A stretch of 64,000 nt of DNA, taken from the human T2T-CHM13v2.0 reference genome, Homo sapiens. Positions 27,621 to 40,199 of this stretch are shown piece by piece. Location of the stretch: assembly GCF_009914755.1 (NCBI RefSeq), contig NC_060938.1; one strand, 5' to 3'. Position 1 is the first letter of the stretch. Every line of letters begins with the position of its first letter. A program made the translations under genes and the position numbers. The notes under the pieces are model-generated. The model was given only the letters and a program-made list of their open reading frames with translations, was not told where the DNA came from and made no database searches.

Positions 27621-28765
27621 TCTCCATTTGCTCCTTCTTATAAGTCCTTTTGATTCACTGAGTGTTGGAATTCCAGACTGATCTTCTATACTTTGCACTC
27701 ACAATTTTAATTTTCAACAAATCATTTTATTTTCTGATTGTTCCTCTTTTAGACAGCTTGTTCATGTTTTATGGATTCAACATCTTAGAACATTTTTAAA
27801 GTTGGTTTCTGTTTCCTAAATTACTTTGTTTCCTCTGAGTCAGCTATTTTGTTTGTTCATTTCTGTCTTCTTTTGGGGGGATCTTTCTTTTTCTTAAATC
27901 TTAGGTTGTCCTTATTTATCCACTTTTAAATTGATAAATGAAAAAGTAGGTTGTTGAAATAGGTGGCTCACAAAATGTTCCTCTGCCTTATGCAAATCTA
28001 TTTGTGTAAACAGTCTTTTAACTTTCACCATTGCATCCTGGTGTCAACTTTTTGTTGGGAAATGACAAGGTAATGCCCATGCTTTGGTCCAGGTCAAACA
28101 GGAGAGTGTGGTGTTTCTTACATTGTCCCTTTCTCCAAGACCAGTGTGGCTGTAGAGACACAGATGGTCTTAGAGTCCTGGGAAGTGAATGGCAACAGAA
28201 TGAGCAGAATCAAAGTCCAAGCAAAACAAGCCAGTTAAGAATTAGGAGGAACTGAGGAACAAGCCATGCGGTGGACCTGTGAGAGGTCAATATACAGCAA
28301 CCCTCTTTTTGCCAACTAGATTACCAAGGAAGTCTTTAGAAGAAAAGGGGGACTAGAACCTTCTGATACATGAGTAAACACTATATAGGAGTAGCTACTC
28401 ACTTCCCTCCTATGTTGTTGTTGTTGAACTTCAACTTGCTTTGTTGTATCTTTTAGTGTTAAGAGACCTAAATCATTGGTAACAGGAGACAGCATAGAAG
28501 GTGAGATTTCAAACTTTATATAATAAAAAAATGATAATCTATAAGTAGTAAATTTTTACTCAGGAAAATATAAAGTAGAAGTCATGGAACAATAGAGCAT
28601 AACAAGTGAGGCATGTAGATCAGCCTAATGGCCGCAATTTCCAATTTAACTTAATTTCTTAGATGCCAAGGAAAATAGGAGACCAGGCCAGTTACATAAT
28701 TCTGTGGACCAGTTCTAAGTGGGGGACAAAGCATTTTGTAAAACTGAGTTTTAAAAGCAATTTCT

Positions 28766-29035
28766 GATGTGGTGGCTCACACCTGTAATCTCAGCACTTT
28801 AAGAGGTCGAAGCAGGTGGATCACTTGAGGTCAGGAGGCCAGGAGGCCTGGCCAACATGGTGAAATCCCATCTCTACTAAAAAATACAAAAATTAGCCAG
28901 GCTTGGTTGCAGGCACCTGTAATCCCAGCTACTTGGGAGGCTGAGGCAGGAGAAATGCTTGAACCCGGGAGGCGGAGGTTGTAATGATCCTGGGTGACAA
29001 AGTGAGACCCTGTCTCAAAAATTAAAAAATAATAA
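28766..29035 (+). mobile_element. AluS with internal deletion
   Basis: 14-bp perfect TSD TAAAAGCAATTTCT (28752-28765/29036-29049); right arm lacks gccgagatcgcgccactgcactccag. Confidence 0.95.
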
Positions 29036-29089
29036 TAAAAGCAATTTCTCATATCAGACTTAAGGTGGAAGAAAATAAGCAACAGGAAA

Positions 29090-29310
29090 GATAATAATAG
29101 CAACAATAATAGTGATGATTACCATTTTTTGAGCACTTACTATGTGCCAGGCATCATGCCATACACCCTACATGGATAAAAATCACATATCTCCATTGTG
29201 TAGCTGAGGAAAGAGACAGCCAGAAACTCTTAAGTTGCCAAGACCACAGGTCTAGTATATTGCTAAAGGAATATTTGAAACTGCATCTGTCAATCTTCAA
29301 AGACTGTGCT
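29090..29310 (-). mobile_element. MIR
   Basis: ccattttttgagcacttactatgtgccaggca. Confidence 0.75.
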
Positions 29311-30959
29311 CTCAGTTCCTAGACCCAGTTACCTCTTCAAAAGTCATGGGGCTGTGACACTGACATAACTCAGCAATGGGGCTTCTGTGAGTGGCTGACG
29401 TCATATAATGCAGACACAGGGGTTTCATAGGACTCACCAACCCTTTACACACTGTTTCCCACTTAATTTGAACAGGTAGCACTTTTCTATAAACTGTGTC
29501 TCCCACTTATGTCAGCAATAGTTTACAAAACAATAGTTTACAAAGTGGGCACCAAGAAAACAATCACATGATTCTGGACACTTAGACACAGCAGAAAGTG
29601 GAGAAGTCCTTAGTCTTTTTTCACTTTTGCCTTTTATATGATGTAAGGTGCAACTCCTCACCCTCTATCAATTTGTGTTCACATCAATGCTGGGTACCAG
29701 GTGGTGGAGTTAGATGCCCATGACACCTTTATACACAGCCAACCCTATGCCCAACTCCCTCCCCATTAAGGCCATTGACTTTTGGCCCTATTATGTCCCC
29801 TTAATTTTCCTACAAAGCCTAGACTTGACATTTTTAAAGGGAGCATGATTCCACAAGTCCATCATTATTTCTTTATGGCTTATACAATATTATTTCAATA
29901 TTGTTTAAGGTATTTTGAAGTGTTAATGAGTAGAGAATGTTTAGATGGTGGAATCCAATCTAGATAATTAGTATTAATTCTTATGAAGATATTTTTTCTT
30001 TCAACTTTTTACATTAAAAAAAATGCACCCCCCATGTACACGTAGATTCCCGTATGTCAGTTCCAGGTAGTGTCTGACCCAGCTGGCTGTCCTGGAAGAC
30101 AGTTCACCAAAAGCAGTGAGGGACTTGCAGACAATGTGGAGTGAACCTGATGAGGTCAATCCAATGGAAGGAGCAAGAACAGAACAGAAAGGCTGCAAGT
30201 ACTTTAGTGATAGTGATATGAAACCAAGGCCAGACTGGCTGATAGTCATAGTCTTTTATTCTCTGGCATTCAAGACTAATACAAGTCTTTATGATTCTGC
30301 ACCAGTTTATTAAATGGTGTAATAGACTACTTCTCTGTGGCCTTTTTTTTCATTCATCATCATCTTTCCCCAGATGTAAAACACATAATTTTGATATTTG
30401 TCTGACTTGATGTTGGACGTGGGAAAGTCAAAAGCCGTCTCATGATAGCAAATATAGCCTGCACATTTCAGTGTTTATGGGTAGAACACAAGTTGATTAG
30501 GGCTCATAGAAAGATGATACAATGGGACTTACGAGGCCAAATTTGGGAGAAGGAGGTCATTCCTCCATCACCTCTTGCCAGTGTCAAGTTTATCAGGAAC
30601 CATAAGCTATTAGGGTGATTGGGGAACAAGGGACTAAACTTGGAAAACTGCAATGAAGGGGATCGGGAGCCTTATTGTATGTATATGCCCTGCAATCAAG
30701 CCTAGAGACATCCATATAGTTGCTTCTATGATATGGCAAGCAACAATAAAATGTCCTGTGATTCTCCAAATGAGACCGGTGTGTTTTCTCCATGTTATGC
30801 CAGGCCTCCTAGTTGCCTTGGATGCTCAAACTGGGGTCTTCATACTGGGGTAACCCCTAAAGTCCTATTGCAGAATCGTTCCTGACTGAAAGCTGAATGA
30901 AATGGAATGGTTTGGGCAAAAACTTTCTCTTGGCCCTGTGAATGTCTTGAAATGCAGTG

Positions 30960-31076
30960 TGACTACACATGGTCAACTGATCTCCATAAATAGTTAATAC
31001 CATCCCCTTTCACTTCAAAACCTATCCTGGATTGGGTAATAAAACATATGGTCACCCTAGTGGTAGGTCACCCTAA
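30960..31076. mobile_element. MER94-like hAT-Blackjack fragment
   Basis: tcctggattggg...atatggtcaccct terminal motif. Confidence 0.65.
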
Positions 31077-31569
31077 CAGACATCAGATGTATATTTCTGA
31101 AAACATTTAATGCAGTTTTGCTTTCTGAACACACGTTGAATTATACTTGTGATTCTGGACACTTAGACTTAGAGAAGAAAGTACAAAACCCCTCAGTCTT
31201 TGTTACTAAAAGGACCTTTGCCGTCTGTATGGTGTGAAGGGCAACTCATTCTCCATCTGCATCTGTCCATCTCAATGGCGAGTACTAGGTGATAAAGTTA
31301 CATGCCCATCATACCTCTACTGCAGCTGATTTGGGTTCTTTTAGTTCGTTTTCTTTTTTCCAATGTGGAACTTTCCAGGTGTCCTGATTGCCCATCAAAA
31401 CTATCCCAGAACATTCCCTAATTTGTGGAAATCAAATTGTTTATTGTTTGAACTCTTTATCTAAAGGTCTATCAGCCCCAAATGAAGCTAGATAGACAAT
31501 CTAGTCGTATCTCTAGCCATAGATAATTTAGTCATTTTTCTAAAAGATACAGAAACTGCTAACACAAGG

Positions 31570-32120
31570 TTTAGAGGACACCAATAGGTTTGTCTGCCTC
31601 TTCCCTCTTTTATAACAATCTCCTGCCCCTTATTCCCACTGTGAAAGCAGCCCTTTTGTTAAATGAAGGCCTGTCCAATGGCCATAACTGATTGGTCTAG
31701 AGGCAGATGCTTGACACAGCCTGGGCCAATCAGAGCAAACTAAAGTCCTGCCCAAAAATTTACTGATTGAGTCTCAAAGAGAGTCCTTGATTCTCTGGGT
31801 AAGTGAAAGCTCTAAGGTATAAAGCTTTGGAATTGTTGGTGGTTGTGTTCTGACCTAATGGAGGAAGACAGAGAGAGGAAGGAGAGAAAAGGAGAGGGAA
31901 ACAGTAATGAATGAAGCCAAAGGCAGCAAGAAGCAAAGACTGGAGATGAAGAGAAAGCCCTGGTGACCTTCGAATTCCTGCTGCTTCTCATTTCTGAGCC
32001 TAGCTGCCTCCCTCTCTTTCCTGTCACTTGACCATTTATGTCTGCCACAAAACACCCAGATTCCTGCCTATAAATTCCCACTTTGTCCTTAAGTGGAAAG
32101 ATTTTGCTTTCTGTCACCTT
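31570..32120. mobile_element. LTR16-like ERVL LTR
   Basis: tgattggtctagaggcagatgcttgacacagcctgggccaatcagag. Confidence 0.65.
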
Positions 32121-32528
32121 TGATCAAGGAGTCCTATTACAAGAGGTTAATGTATGTGTCCCATTTAAGAAGAATCTTATGACAGGAAGTTCACAGAAAA
32201 ACTACGTAGTTAAAAGCCTTTACTTTACAGTTGAGATGCCCTTGAGCAATCTGCTGCCATTTCCCTCTTACAATTTAGGAATCTAAAGGCAATCTTTTTA
32301 TATCCCCTCCTCACATTCTATGTATCCCTAGAGTCATTCAACCACCCTCATCCTCTCAACTGTTTCCATCAGGGGAAATAGCAGATAACTTTTAAAGAAA
32401 AGGGTGTTTGACCTCATAATCACCCTGATTAAAATCTTTTTTTTTCCTATGTAGGTCATTTCCAGCATTTACTTTTGAACTATCAAGGCCTGATTTTGAA
32501 GGACTCCGGACTCCATGCAAAGTGTCTT

Positions 32529-32911
32529 AGCTACGAGCTGAATTGTGTCCCTACCCCTACCTTTAAATTCCTATGTTGAAGTCAACCCTCAGTACCTCAG
32601 AATGTGACTATATGTGGAGCTAGGGTCTTTAAAGAGGTATAATTAAGTTAAAATAGGTCACTGGGGTGGGCCCTAATCCAGTGTGACTGGTATCCTTATA
32701 AGAAGAGAAAATTAGGGCATAGACATATACAGAATTGAAGATGATGTGGGGATGCAAGAAGACAGTGGTCATCTATAAGCAAAGGAGAGAAGCCTGGAAG
32801 AACCAGTCCTGCCAACATCTTGATCTTGAACTTCTAGCCGCCAGAACTGCAAAAAAAAGATAAGTTCCTGTCATTTAAGCTTTTTTCTGGCAGGCCTAGC
32901 AAACTAAAACC
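32529..32911 (+). mobile_element. MLT1A/B-type LTR
   Basis: gctgaattgtgtccc...cagtacctcagaatgtgactat...gggccctaatccagtgtgactgg. Confidence 0.88.
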
Positions 32912-32914
32912 ATC

Positions 32915-33267
32915 TGCATTAGTCAAGGTTCTCCAGAAAAACTGAAATAATAAGATGAGCTGTAGTCAGCAAGTTTAAGACCCAGAGGAAGAGTTGATGT
33001 TTCACTTAGAGTCTGAAGGCAGAAACAAACCCCATGTCCCAGCGGAAAGACAGGCAAGAGGGGCTTCCTCTTACCCTATGGGTTCTGTGCAGGCCTTCAT
33101 CTGATCGAGTGAGGCCCACCCACATTAGGAAGGGTAATCTGCTTTACCATATATTCAAATGCTATCTCATTCAGATGCACCTTCACAGACACACTGGAAT
33201 AACATTTGACCAAATGTCTGGACACCCTGTGGCTCAGTCAAGTTGATGCATAAAATTGACCATCATA
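32915..33267 (-). mobile_element. MLT2 LTR, internally deleted
   Basis: cattagtcaaggttctccaga...caagttgatgcataaaattgaccatcata; TSD CCATC. Confidence 0.88.
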
Positions 33268-34334
33268 CCATCTTACAAAATGAGAGCTATTAACCACCTA
33301 ATAGCCCAAATTATTGAAACCAAGTCCCATCCAGGCTGTCTACATGTGTATTAAACGCGGCATAGGAAATAGAGTCACCTCTGACCCCGGAAAGATCCAT
33401 AGATTATGCTACCAAATTACACAAAGTTCCAAGTGCAACCGTCCTGCCTGCCAGTAACTGTAAATTTCTGATTCTGACCCCATCGGGACGCATCAAAGGT
33501 ACCCAACCTGTGGGGCGAGCTCTCATGCAAGGGCAGTGCTTGGAGGCACTTCACTTTTTAAGGTCCTGCTTCACTCTCTTTCCTCTAATATAGTGCAATT
33601 TATGAGGAATGAAAGGAGATTCTACATTAAAGTCATCATTCAGCAACTGGAGGTATGCCTCACTGCAGAAAAGGGCAATCCGCAAAGCTGTTATCCATTC
33701 CACATGTCCCTGTGGTTTGTCAGCACACTGTCAGCTCTGCTTATTCCATGTATTTTTGGCAGTCAGCTCCCTTCAGGGTTGGCATGTGTTATGGTAATGG
33801 CTATACCAACTGTAGTCCATGAAACATGGCTGAGTGTAACATATGGGGCTGCATAAAGGAAGCTTTGGGTGGGAACTTTGTGAATTATCAGAAAATAATT
33901 ATACCCGTGCTTTACAAGTTGAAAGTGTCTGAGACTTTGACAAAATGGGAAAAGAGAAAACCAACATCCTTTCCTGCACTCATTACCTTCTTCCCGTTAA
34001 ATATTCTAGATGTATGTCTTCCATCCCCACACATTAAACTACTTTCTCCATCCTCCAAGTATTTACACTTTGAAACTTCTTTATGAAACAGAAAAATAAT
34101 CAATTGTTAGAGATGCTCATTTTGTTTTCAGATTCTACACAAGTATATTCAACTCTGAGATACCTGGGTAAATGAAAGATTATTAAAAATAATTGTCAGG
34201 CAAATATAGGCAGGGATCAAAGTATACAAAAAGAGAAAGTATGGTTAAACAGGCCATTAGCTCATCCAAAAGATCCTGAAAGAAATGAGATGGTTTGGGC
34301 AAAACTTTCCTTGGCGCTATGAAGGTCTTGATAT

Positions 34335-34520
34335 GTAGATGGCGTCTGCATACTGGGTTGTCTGGACAGCCCTGGTTTACTCGCTTGCTCCCTTTGTAAT
34401 TCTTAATAGAGCTGCATTTTACTCTCAAGGTTTCCTGATTTGGATAAGATAGAGTTGCATTTCCCTCTCAAGGCGTCCTGGTTTGGATAAAATATATGGT
34501 GGCCCTATGATTTGTCACCC
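34335..34520. mobile_element. MER94-like element with internal ~43-bp tandem duplication
   Basis: ggacagccctggttta; atagag(c/t)tgcattt...ctctcaagg...tttggataa twice; atatggtggccct. Confidence 0.7.
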
Positions 34521-34729
34521 TCTAATGGAACCCTTATGGAAATTAGGCTCCGAAGCAAAACAATGACCATCCTGATGGGAATTGGGGGCTCACTTCGGAC
34601 AAGACCCCCTGGATGGCTACACTTTCCAGCTATTCATGGGCCAGATTTAACCAGTCTCAGTAAGGCAGTGGCAAGAAATATGTGGTGACCCTGCTAGGTT
34701 TCTGACGTGGAGAGAACTATAGAGCCATG

Positions 34730-35720
34730 AAACAAACTGTTTCATGAAGCTCCACTTCCTCTGTCTTCCCAGTGTGAGGCTCCCTCAGTGGGTACTGCCT
34801 TGACTTTTGCTGTCCTCTCTCTCTTTCTGAGAGCACTCCCTGTTTATACAACCAGAGTCATTACTTCTGTGCATCTCTCTGTATCACCACCCCTTAACAA
34901 CATTTCCAGTCTCCCTCTGCAGTTACAGCCCTGCAGCCAAATGTCCACAGGACTTTCCTACTTGAATGTCCCAACAGCACCTTAATTTTCAACTTGCCTA
35001 CAACTGAACTCACCCTCTCCCACAATACACTCTCCTCTCTTTTTAATGTGTTTCCATTTATCCTCCTTAAGGTTATCTATGATTTTTCCTCCTCTTTTAT
35101 CTATGGTCCCCAGATAACCCCTTATGACTTTTCTTTAGTGAGGTTTCCCGCACAGGTATCCTTCCTTTCTTTCTCTTCAAGGTTAGCACACTGGCTGTAT
35201 TAGTCCATTTCGCATTACTATAAAGGAATACCTGCAGCTGGGTCATTCATAAAGAAAAGAGGTTTATTTGTCTCACAGTTCTACAGGCTGTACAAGAAGC
35301 ATGGCACCAGCATCTACTCATGGCAGAAGGCAAAATGGGAGCAGGCATGTCTTATGGTATCAGAGGGAGCAAGAGAGAGAAGAGGAGGTGCCAGGCTGTT
35401 TGTAACAATCAGACCTCACAGTAACTAATAGAGAACTCACTCATTAGTGTGGAGATGGCACCAAGCTGTTCCTGAATGATCCATCCCCATGACCAAAATA
35501 CCTCCCATCAGATCCCACCTCCAACATGGGATTGCATTTTTACATGAGATTTGGAGGGGACAAATACCCAAACTATATCACTGGCCCAGAGCTCCCCTTC
35601 CTCCACTGCCTCTGCCCTCTTCACATTCCCAAGCAAACTTGTACTTAAGCATATCTTGACCATGACATCCACCTGCTCAAAAAGCTCAACCACAAATTCC
35701 ATCTGTCCATGAAACAAAGT
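34730..35720 (+). mobile_element. L2 fragment interrupted by MST
   Basis: tcctacttgaatgtcccaacagcaccttaattttcaac; ctgctcaaaaagctcaac. Confidence 0.65.
35196..35580 (-). mobile_element. MSTB-type solo LTR
   Basis: tgtattagtccatttcgcattactataaaggaatacc...; perfect TSD CTGGC. Confidence 0.92.
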
Positions 35721-36169
35721 TCAGGGTTCTTACTCAGGGAGCTGATAGCTATAACAATCTGGCCCAGCTCCTCTCTGGAATTCCTAAACTCCTTTCTTGC
35801 ATACGGGAATGCTATGACTTGTGTTAAGCGAGGGGCAGACTGCAAATCACTCTCACAGCCATGACTCCATTTACTCAAATAACAGCCCTGAGAGAATAAG
35901 GGATTCAAGCAGGGCCTCAAACCCAGGCCTCACAAAGGCTCTTGTTCTTCTCAGCATAGCCCCCATCAACAATATGTGGGGAATAAAAACTTTTCTTTTA
36001 CAAGTTACTTAGCTTTAACTATATATGATACTCTTTATTTACAAAGCATGACCTAAAAAGAAAAATAATTACTATTGCTTCCATGCCACATTTTTCTCTT
36101 GCTGCTTCACCTTCAAAGCAGAATTCAGAAAAACTCACAATGGACTGAAGAGAGTTTATGTGTAAATAA

Positions 36170-37225
36170 TTCATATTTTTAGAACAGTTTTAGATTTACA
36201 GAAAAATTATGAAAATGATATGGAGTTTCCCTATACTCCACATGCAGTTTCCTCGAAAACTAACATCTTATATGGTGCATTTGTTAAAATTAAGGGACAA
36301 TATTGGTAAACTATGACTAACTAAGGCCCATACTTTATTCAGATTCCCTTAGTTCTTATCTTATGTGCTTCTTCTGTTCTGGGATCCCATCCGGGACACC
36401 ACACTGGACCATGTCTCCTTAGGTTCCTCTTGGCTGTGATAAATTTTCAGACTCCCCTTGTTTTTTATGACCTTAATGATTCTGTGTAGTCCTGGTCAGG
36501 TATTTTATAGAATGTCACTCAACTGGAATTTGTTCGATGTTTGGCTGATGGTTAGGGTGGTGTTACAGGTTTTTGAAGGAAGACCACAAAAGTCAAGTGC
36601 CATTTATCTCACATCGTTGCTCTTAGCATGACTTATCACTGTTGATGTTGGCCCTGATCACCTGGCTGGAGTAATGTTTGTCAAGTTTCTCCACTGTAAA
36701 ATCCTCCTTTTCCCCACATTTCCATACTGTTGTCTTTGGAAGGAAGTCACCGTGCATGGCCCACACTTAGGGAATGAGAAGCTATATATTCCACCTACCT
36801 CCTTCAGGACAGAGAATCTATATAAATTTTTTGAATTCTTCTCTGTGGGCAATTTGTCTCTTCTTCCCCATTTATTTAATCAATCATTTATATATGTCAG
36901 TATGGGCCCATAAATATTTATTTTAAGCTTTGCATTATGATCCAATAGTACTTTAGTTATTTTTTTTTCATATTGTTCCAGCTTTGGCCATTGGGAGTTC
37001 TTTCAGTTGGCTGTGTCCCTTTGACACATTCTCATCATAATGGTGTGGGTTTTTTCTTTTGCTTTGTTTTCTAATCACTCCCTGGCTTTCTAATGCTACA
37101 AGGTGACCCATGCTCATTCTCTGTGTCTCCTCTCCAGTCCTAGAATAAGCCATTTATCCAGAGAGCCTTGGTTCCTTTTATTGGAGAATAGTACTAGAAA
37201 CCAAGATTTAGGCACTAGGTATTCT
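36170..37225 (-). mobile_element. L1MC/L1MD-type 3' UTR fragment
   Basis: tttagaacagttttagatttacagaaaaatt; attgttccagctttggccattgggag. Confidence 0.82.
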
Positions 37226-37974
37226 CCAAATAAATTCCAATTTATCCAAATCCAACCAAATTTTTAAGGAGTGTTTGAATATATGCTTACTTCTTACACA
37301 TAAGTGGTAATAAATAGGCCAACTAATTTCCCATCTTATTTACAGACATGGGTCATTTGGGGCCTTTTTATAAGAATGCTTTAATCCTAGCTTCTACTGA
37401 TTGAATAACCTTAGTGAGGTAAATAGAATTAAAATGGTCATAATAATGATAATGGTTATAGCTATGAGAAAGACATTAAGTACTATATACACATTATCTT
37501 GTTGTATCCTAATAGCATCTCAGAGACAGAGGCATTATTATTATCCCATTTTATAGATGATAAAAGTGATGTCTGCCTTGATTGTCATACTGAGAACTAA
37601 ATGAGAAAACACTTGCAAAGCCCCGAGTACAGAGCATGGAGAGGGAGCTCAATAAATCATTATTTTCTCACTCCCTTGCCTCTAGAAAAAAATAAAATAG
37701 GCAAACTTCAGCAACATATTAGCGGTAAAAATTCAGCTCATGGTCTGTGAGATGAAAAATATAGGGGTTATATGAGCTCATTTGTTTTCTTTGTTGCTAT
37801 ATAAATGTGATCTGATTCACAAGAGTCAAAAATCAACCTGTTTCATGAAAGATCTCAAACAAAATGAAGAGGTATTTATCTTGAGAGTCAAGTCTGTTTA
37901 CTGAGTTGTCCTTTACATCACTCAGATTCTCAGACTTCAGCAAAACTCAGATGACCCTTTAAATGTCTTTTTGA

Positions 37975-38192
37975 AAATTTTCTTAACTTTTATTTTAGGT
38001 TCAGGTGAACAAGTGAAGGTTTGTTTCATAGGTAAATAGCGTCTCATAGGGTTTTGGTGTAAGATTATTTCACTACCCAGGTAATAAGCATAGTATCTGA
38101 TGGGTAGTTTTCCTGTCCTCCCCTTCCTCCCTCCTTCTCCCCTCAAGTAGGCTCCAGTGTCTTTTGTTCCCTTCTTAGTGTCTATATGTACT
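37975..38192 (-). mobile_element. Older L1PA 3' end
   Basis: aacttttattttaggttcagg...ggtttgtttcataggtaaat...acccaggtaataagcatagta. Confidence 0.85.
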
Positions 38193-39934
38193 TTTTGGAG
38201 CTATCTGAATAAACTAAAGCACTTTCCCAAAACTTTAATGTTTGGATTAAGATGGAAGAAACATTAAATAAATCCACAACACCTCCTAAGTTTTTAAAGC
38301 TAACGAAATGACACAAAGTTACCAAAATACCTATATAATATGCAGAAAAATTCTGGAAGCTTTGCTTCTCCAAGGGAGTAGTTCCACTATTCTTATAAAT
38401 CTTGGGCAAACAGGTTGAACCATACGCAAATTTGCAAGCTTTCTTGCACAGATTTAGACAGACTGTTCTGAAAAATAAAAGGTTTGTTTTTCATTCTCTA
38501 TTGTTTCTTCTAAGCATTCCTTCCTCCTCTTAGTATTTTGGGAAGATGAAAATTGAGAGTTGAAGGAAAAACCAAGGACATGAGTCTTATAAGCAGCAAA
38601 GACAGCAGCAGAATTTATATCTACTCTGAGAACACTTTCTAGCCTCTCTACTGCCTTCACTCCAGCTAGAAGTTTTAGTCGCTGCAGACCAAATTCCAAA
38701 CCTTTGCTAGTGACATTCTTCCACTTGAAGAGCCTTTGACTTCCTTTCTGCCACTCTGGATCACAGATTACAACTGGATGTAATCCCCATGTACCCTAAA
38801 AGTCACCCCCATTGTGCAATCTACTTTTGTGTTCAGAACTCCCCAGATTTTACACTTTGAACAAATCTGCAGTACTGCCCATTACAACACAGGTGTGCCC
38901 AGTCTCTCCAGCCGAATCATAAGCTTTCTCAGACCTGTTGCTTTCATTCTCTCACCTGCTAAGCCTAGCCTAGATAGTCTTAATAAATATTTCTGAGTTC
39001 TTTTCATTGATTGATTATGTCTAGGGGCAGCTATAGCCTTGGTCTTTGGAGAAAAATATCAGAACAAGGCTGCTTCCCTCCCTAACCCTGGGCTGGCAGG
39101 GGTTTCAGAAGGCACCTGTCCTCAGTAAAGGCATTCTCCAGGCAAGCATTTTGGGAGCTCCAGAGCTCTGAGATTATTCCTTTGATCAGATTCCTTTGCA
39201 AGGGGATAATGGAGCTTAAAATATTTTTTTTAAGTAAAAGAGCATAAAAAGTGAATTTAAAAGCAAATGGGCCAAGGTTTTTCCCTAGGAAGTCTTTCAA
39301 TTTCACACATAGCAAATTCCTATGGTATGGACCTATTAGAAATGCTTTTTTTAGCCCCTTTATGCATATTTATTATGTTCCTCTATGACTTTGTTATCGC
39401 TTAATTTGACACCAAGCCTCTAAAGCCACATCTTCTTTCTTCCCAAACTATAAAAAGGGGCAAAATATTTTAATCACGAAGTTCTGTATAATTTAAAGAT
39501 TATCTTCTGTCTGCATGAGTTACAGCAATAATCAAAGGAGGCTGGGGATTTGTAAAACTAAGGCCCTAATTTTTTGACAGATGTTCTGCTTGGTATGGAA
39601 TTAACCTCTTTTTACATCGTATACATACATAAGAGCAAATTATTAAATATATCCTTAGTACACACAGACAACAAAGAGGCAGAATCCACTAGGTGAGAAC
39701 TACCCTGCCTCAGTCTTAAGTTCCATCATTCATTAATAACAGAAAAATAAATGATGGGGGTATTCTATTAGCCGCACAGTCTGAATCTGATTGATCCATC
39801 CACCTGGTAGTCCTGGAGGGACCAGGAGTCTTGATCCAACTATTAGTTACATTCTCCATTGCAGCTAAATGAGAGATTGGAAACGGCTACCAGGCCCTAT
39901 ATTACCTTCCAATGCCCAGCCATTTAGGTCAGTG

Positions 39935-40160
39935 CAGTGATTAAACGCAGGGCAACTGGAGTCAGACAGAACTTGGTTTAAATCCTTGAGCAACTACCTG
40001 CTAGCTGTATGTCTTCTAGAAAGCTATTTAAGCTCTCAAAGTTTCAGTCTCCTCAAAGTCTGTTTATATGACAGAGACATTAATTACATCTACCTCTAGG
40101 GTATTGTAAATGAAGTAATGCATGGACATAATACCTGGAAAAATAGCAATTGCTCAACTA
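39935..40160 (+). mobile_element. MIR
   Basis: ctggagtcagacagaacttggtttaaatcc. Confidence 0.75.
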
Positions 40161-40199
40161 AAGAAATTTCTTATCTGGGAACCTGATTGGTATCTTGTT

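Larger units (their letters stand above)
29568..34520. repeat. Ancient diverged tandem duplication (A...B / A'...B')
   Basis: A 29568-29740 resembles A' 31150-31328 (shared tgattctggacacttagac); B 30893-31075 resembles B' 34276-34520 (shared atggtttgggcaaaa plus MER94 end). Confidence 0.8.

Noticed and set aside
29516-29544. 15-bp tandem duplication caatagtttacaaa
   Set aside because: Ordinary slippage event with no further signal.
31219-31329. Plus-strand Cys-rich peptide CRLYGVKGNSFSICICPSQW...CPSYLYCS and its paralog at about 29628
   Set aside because: No start codon or acceptor, a stop just upstream, a stop in the paralog, and only partly shared Cys positions; the DNA duplication alone explains the similarity.
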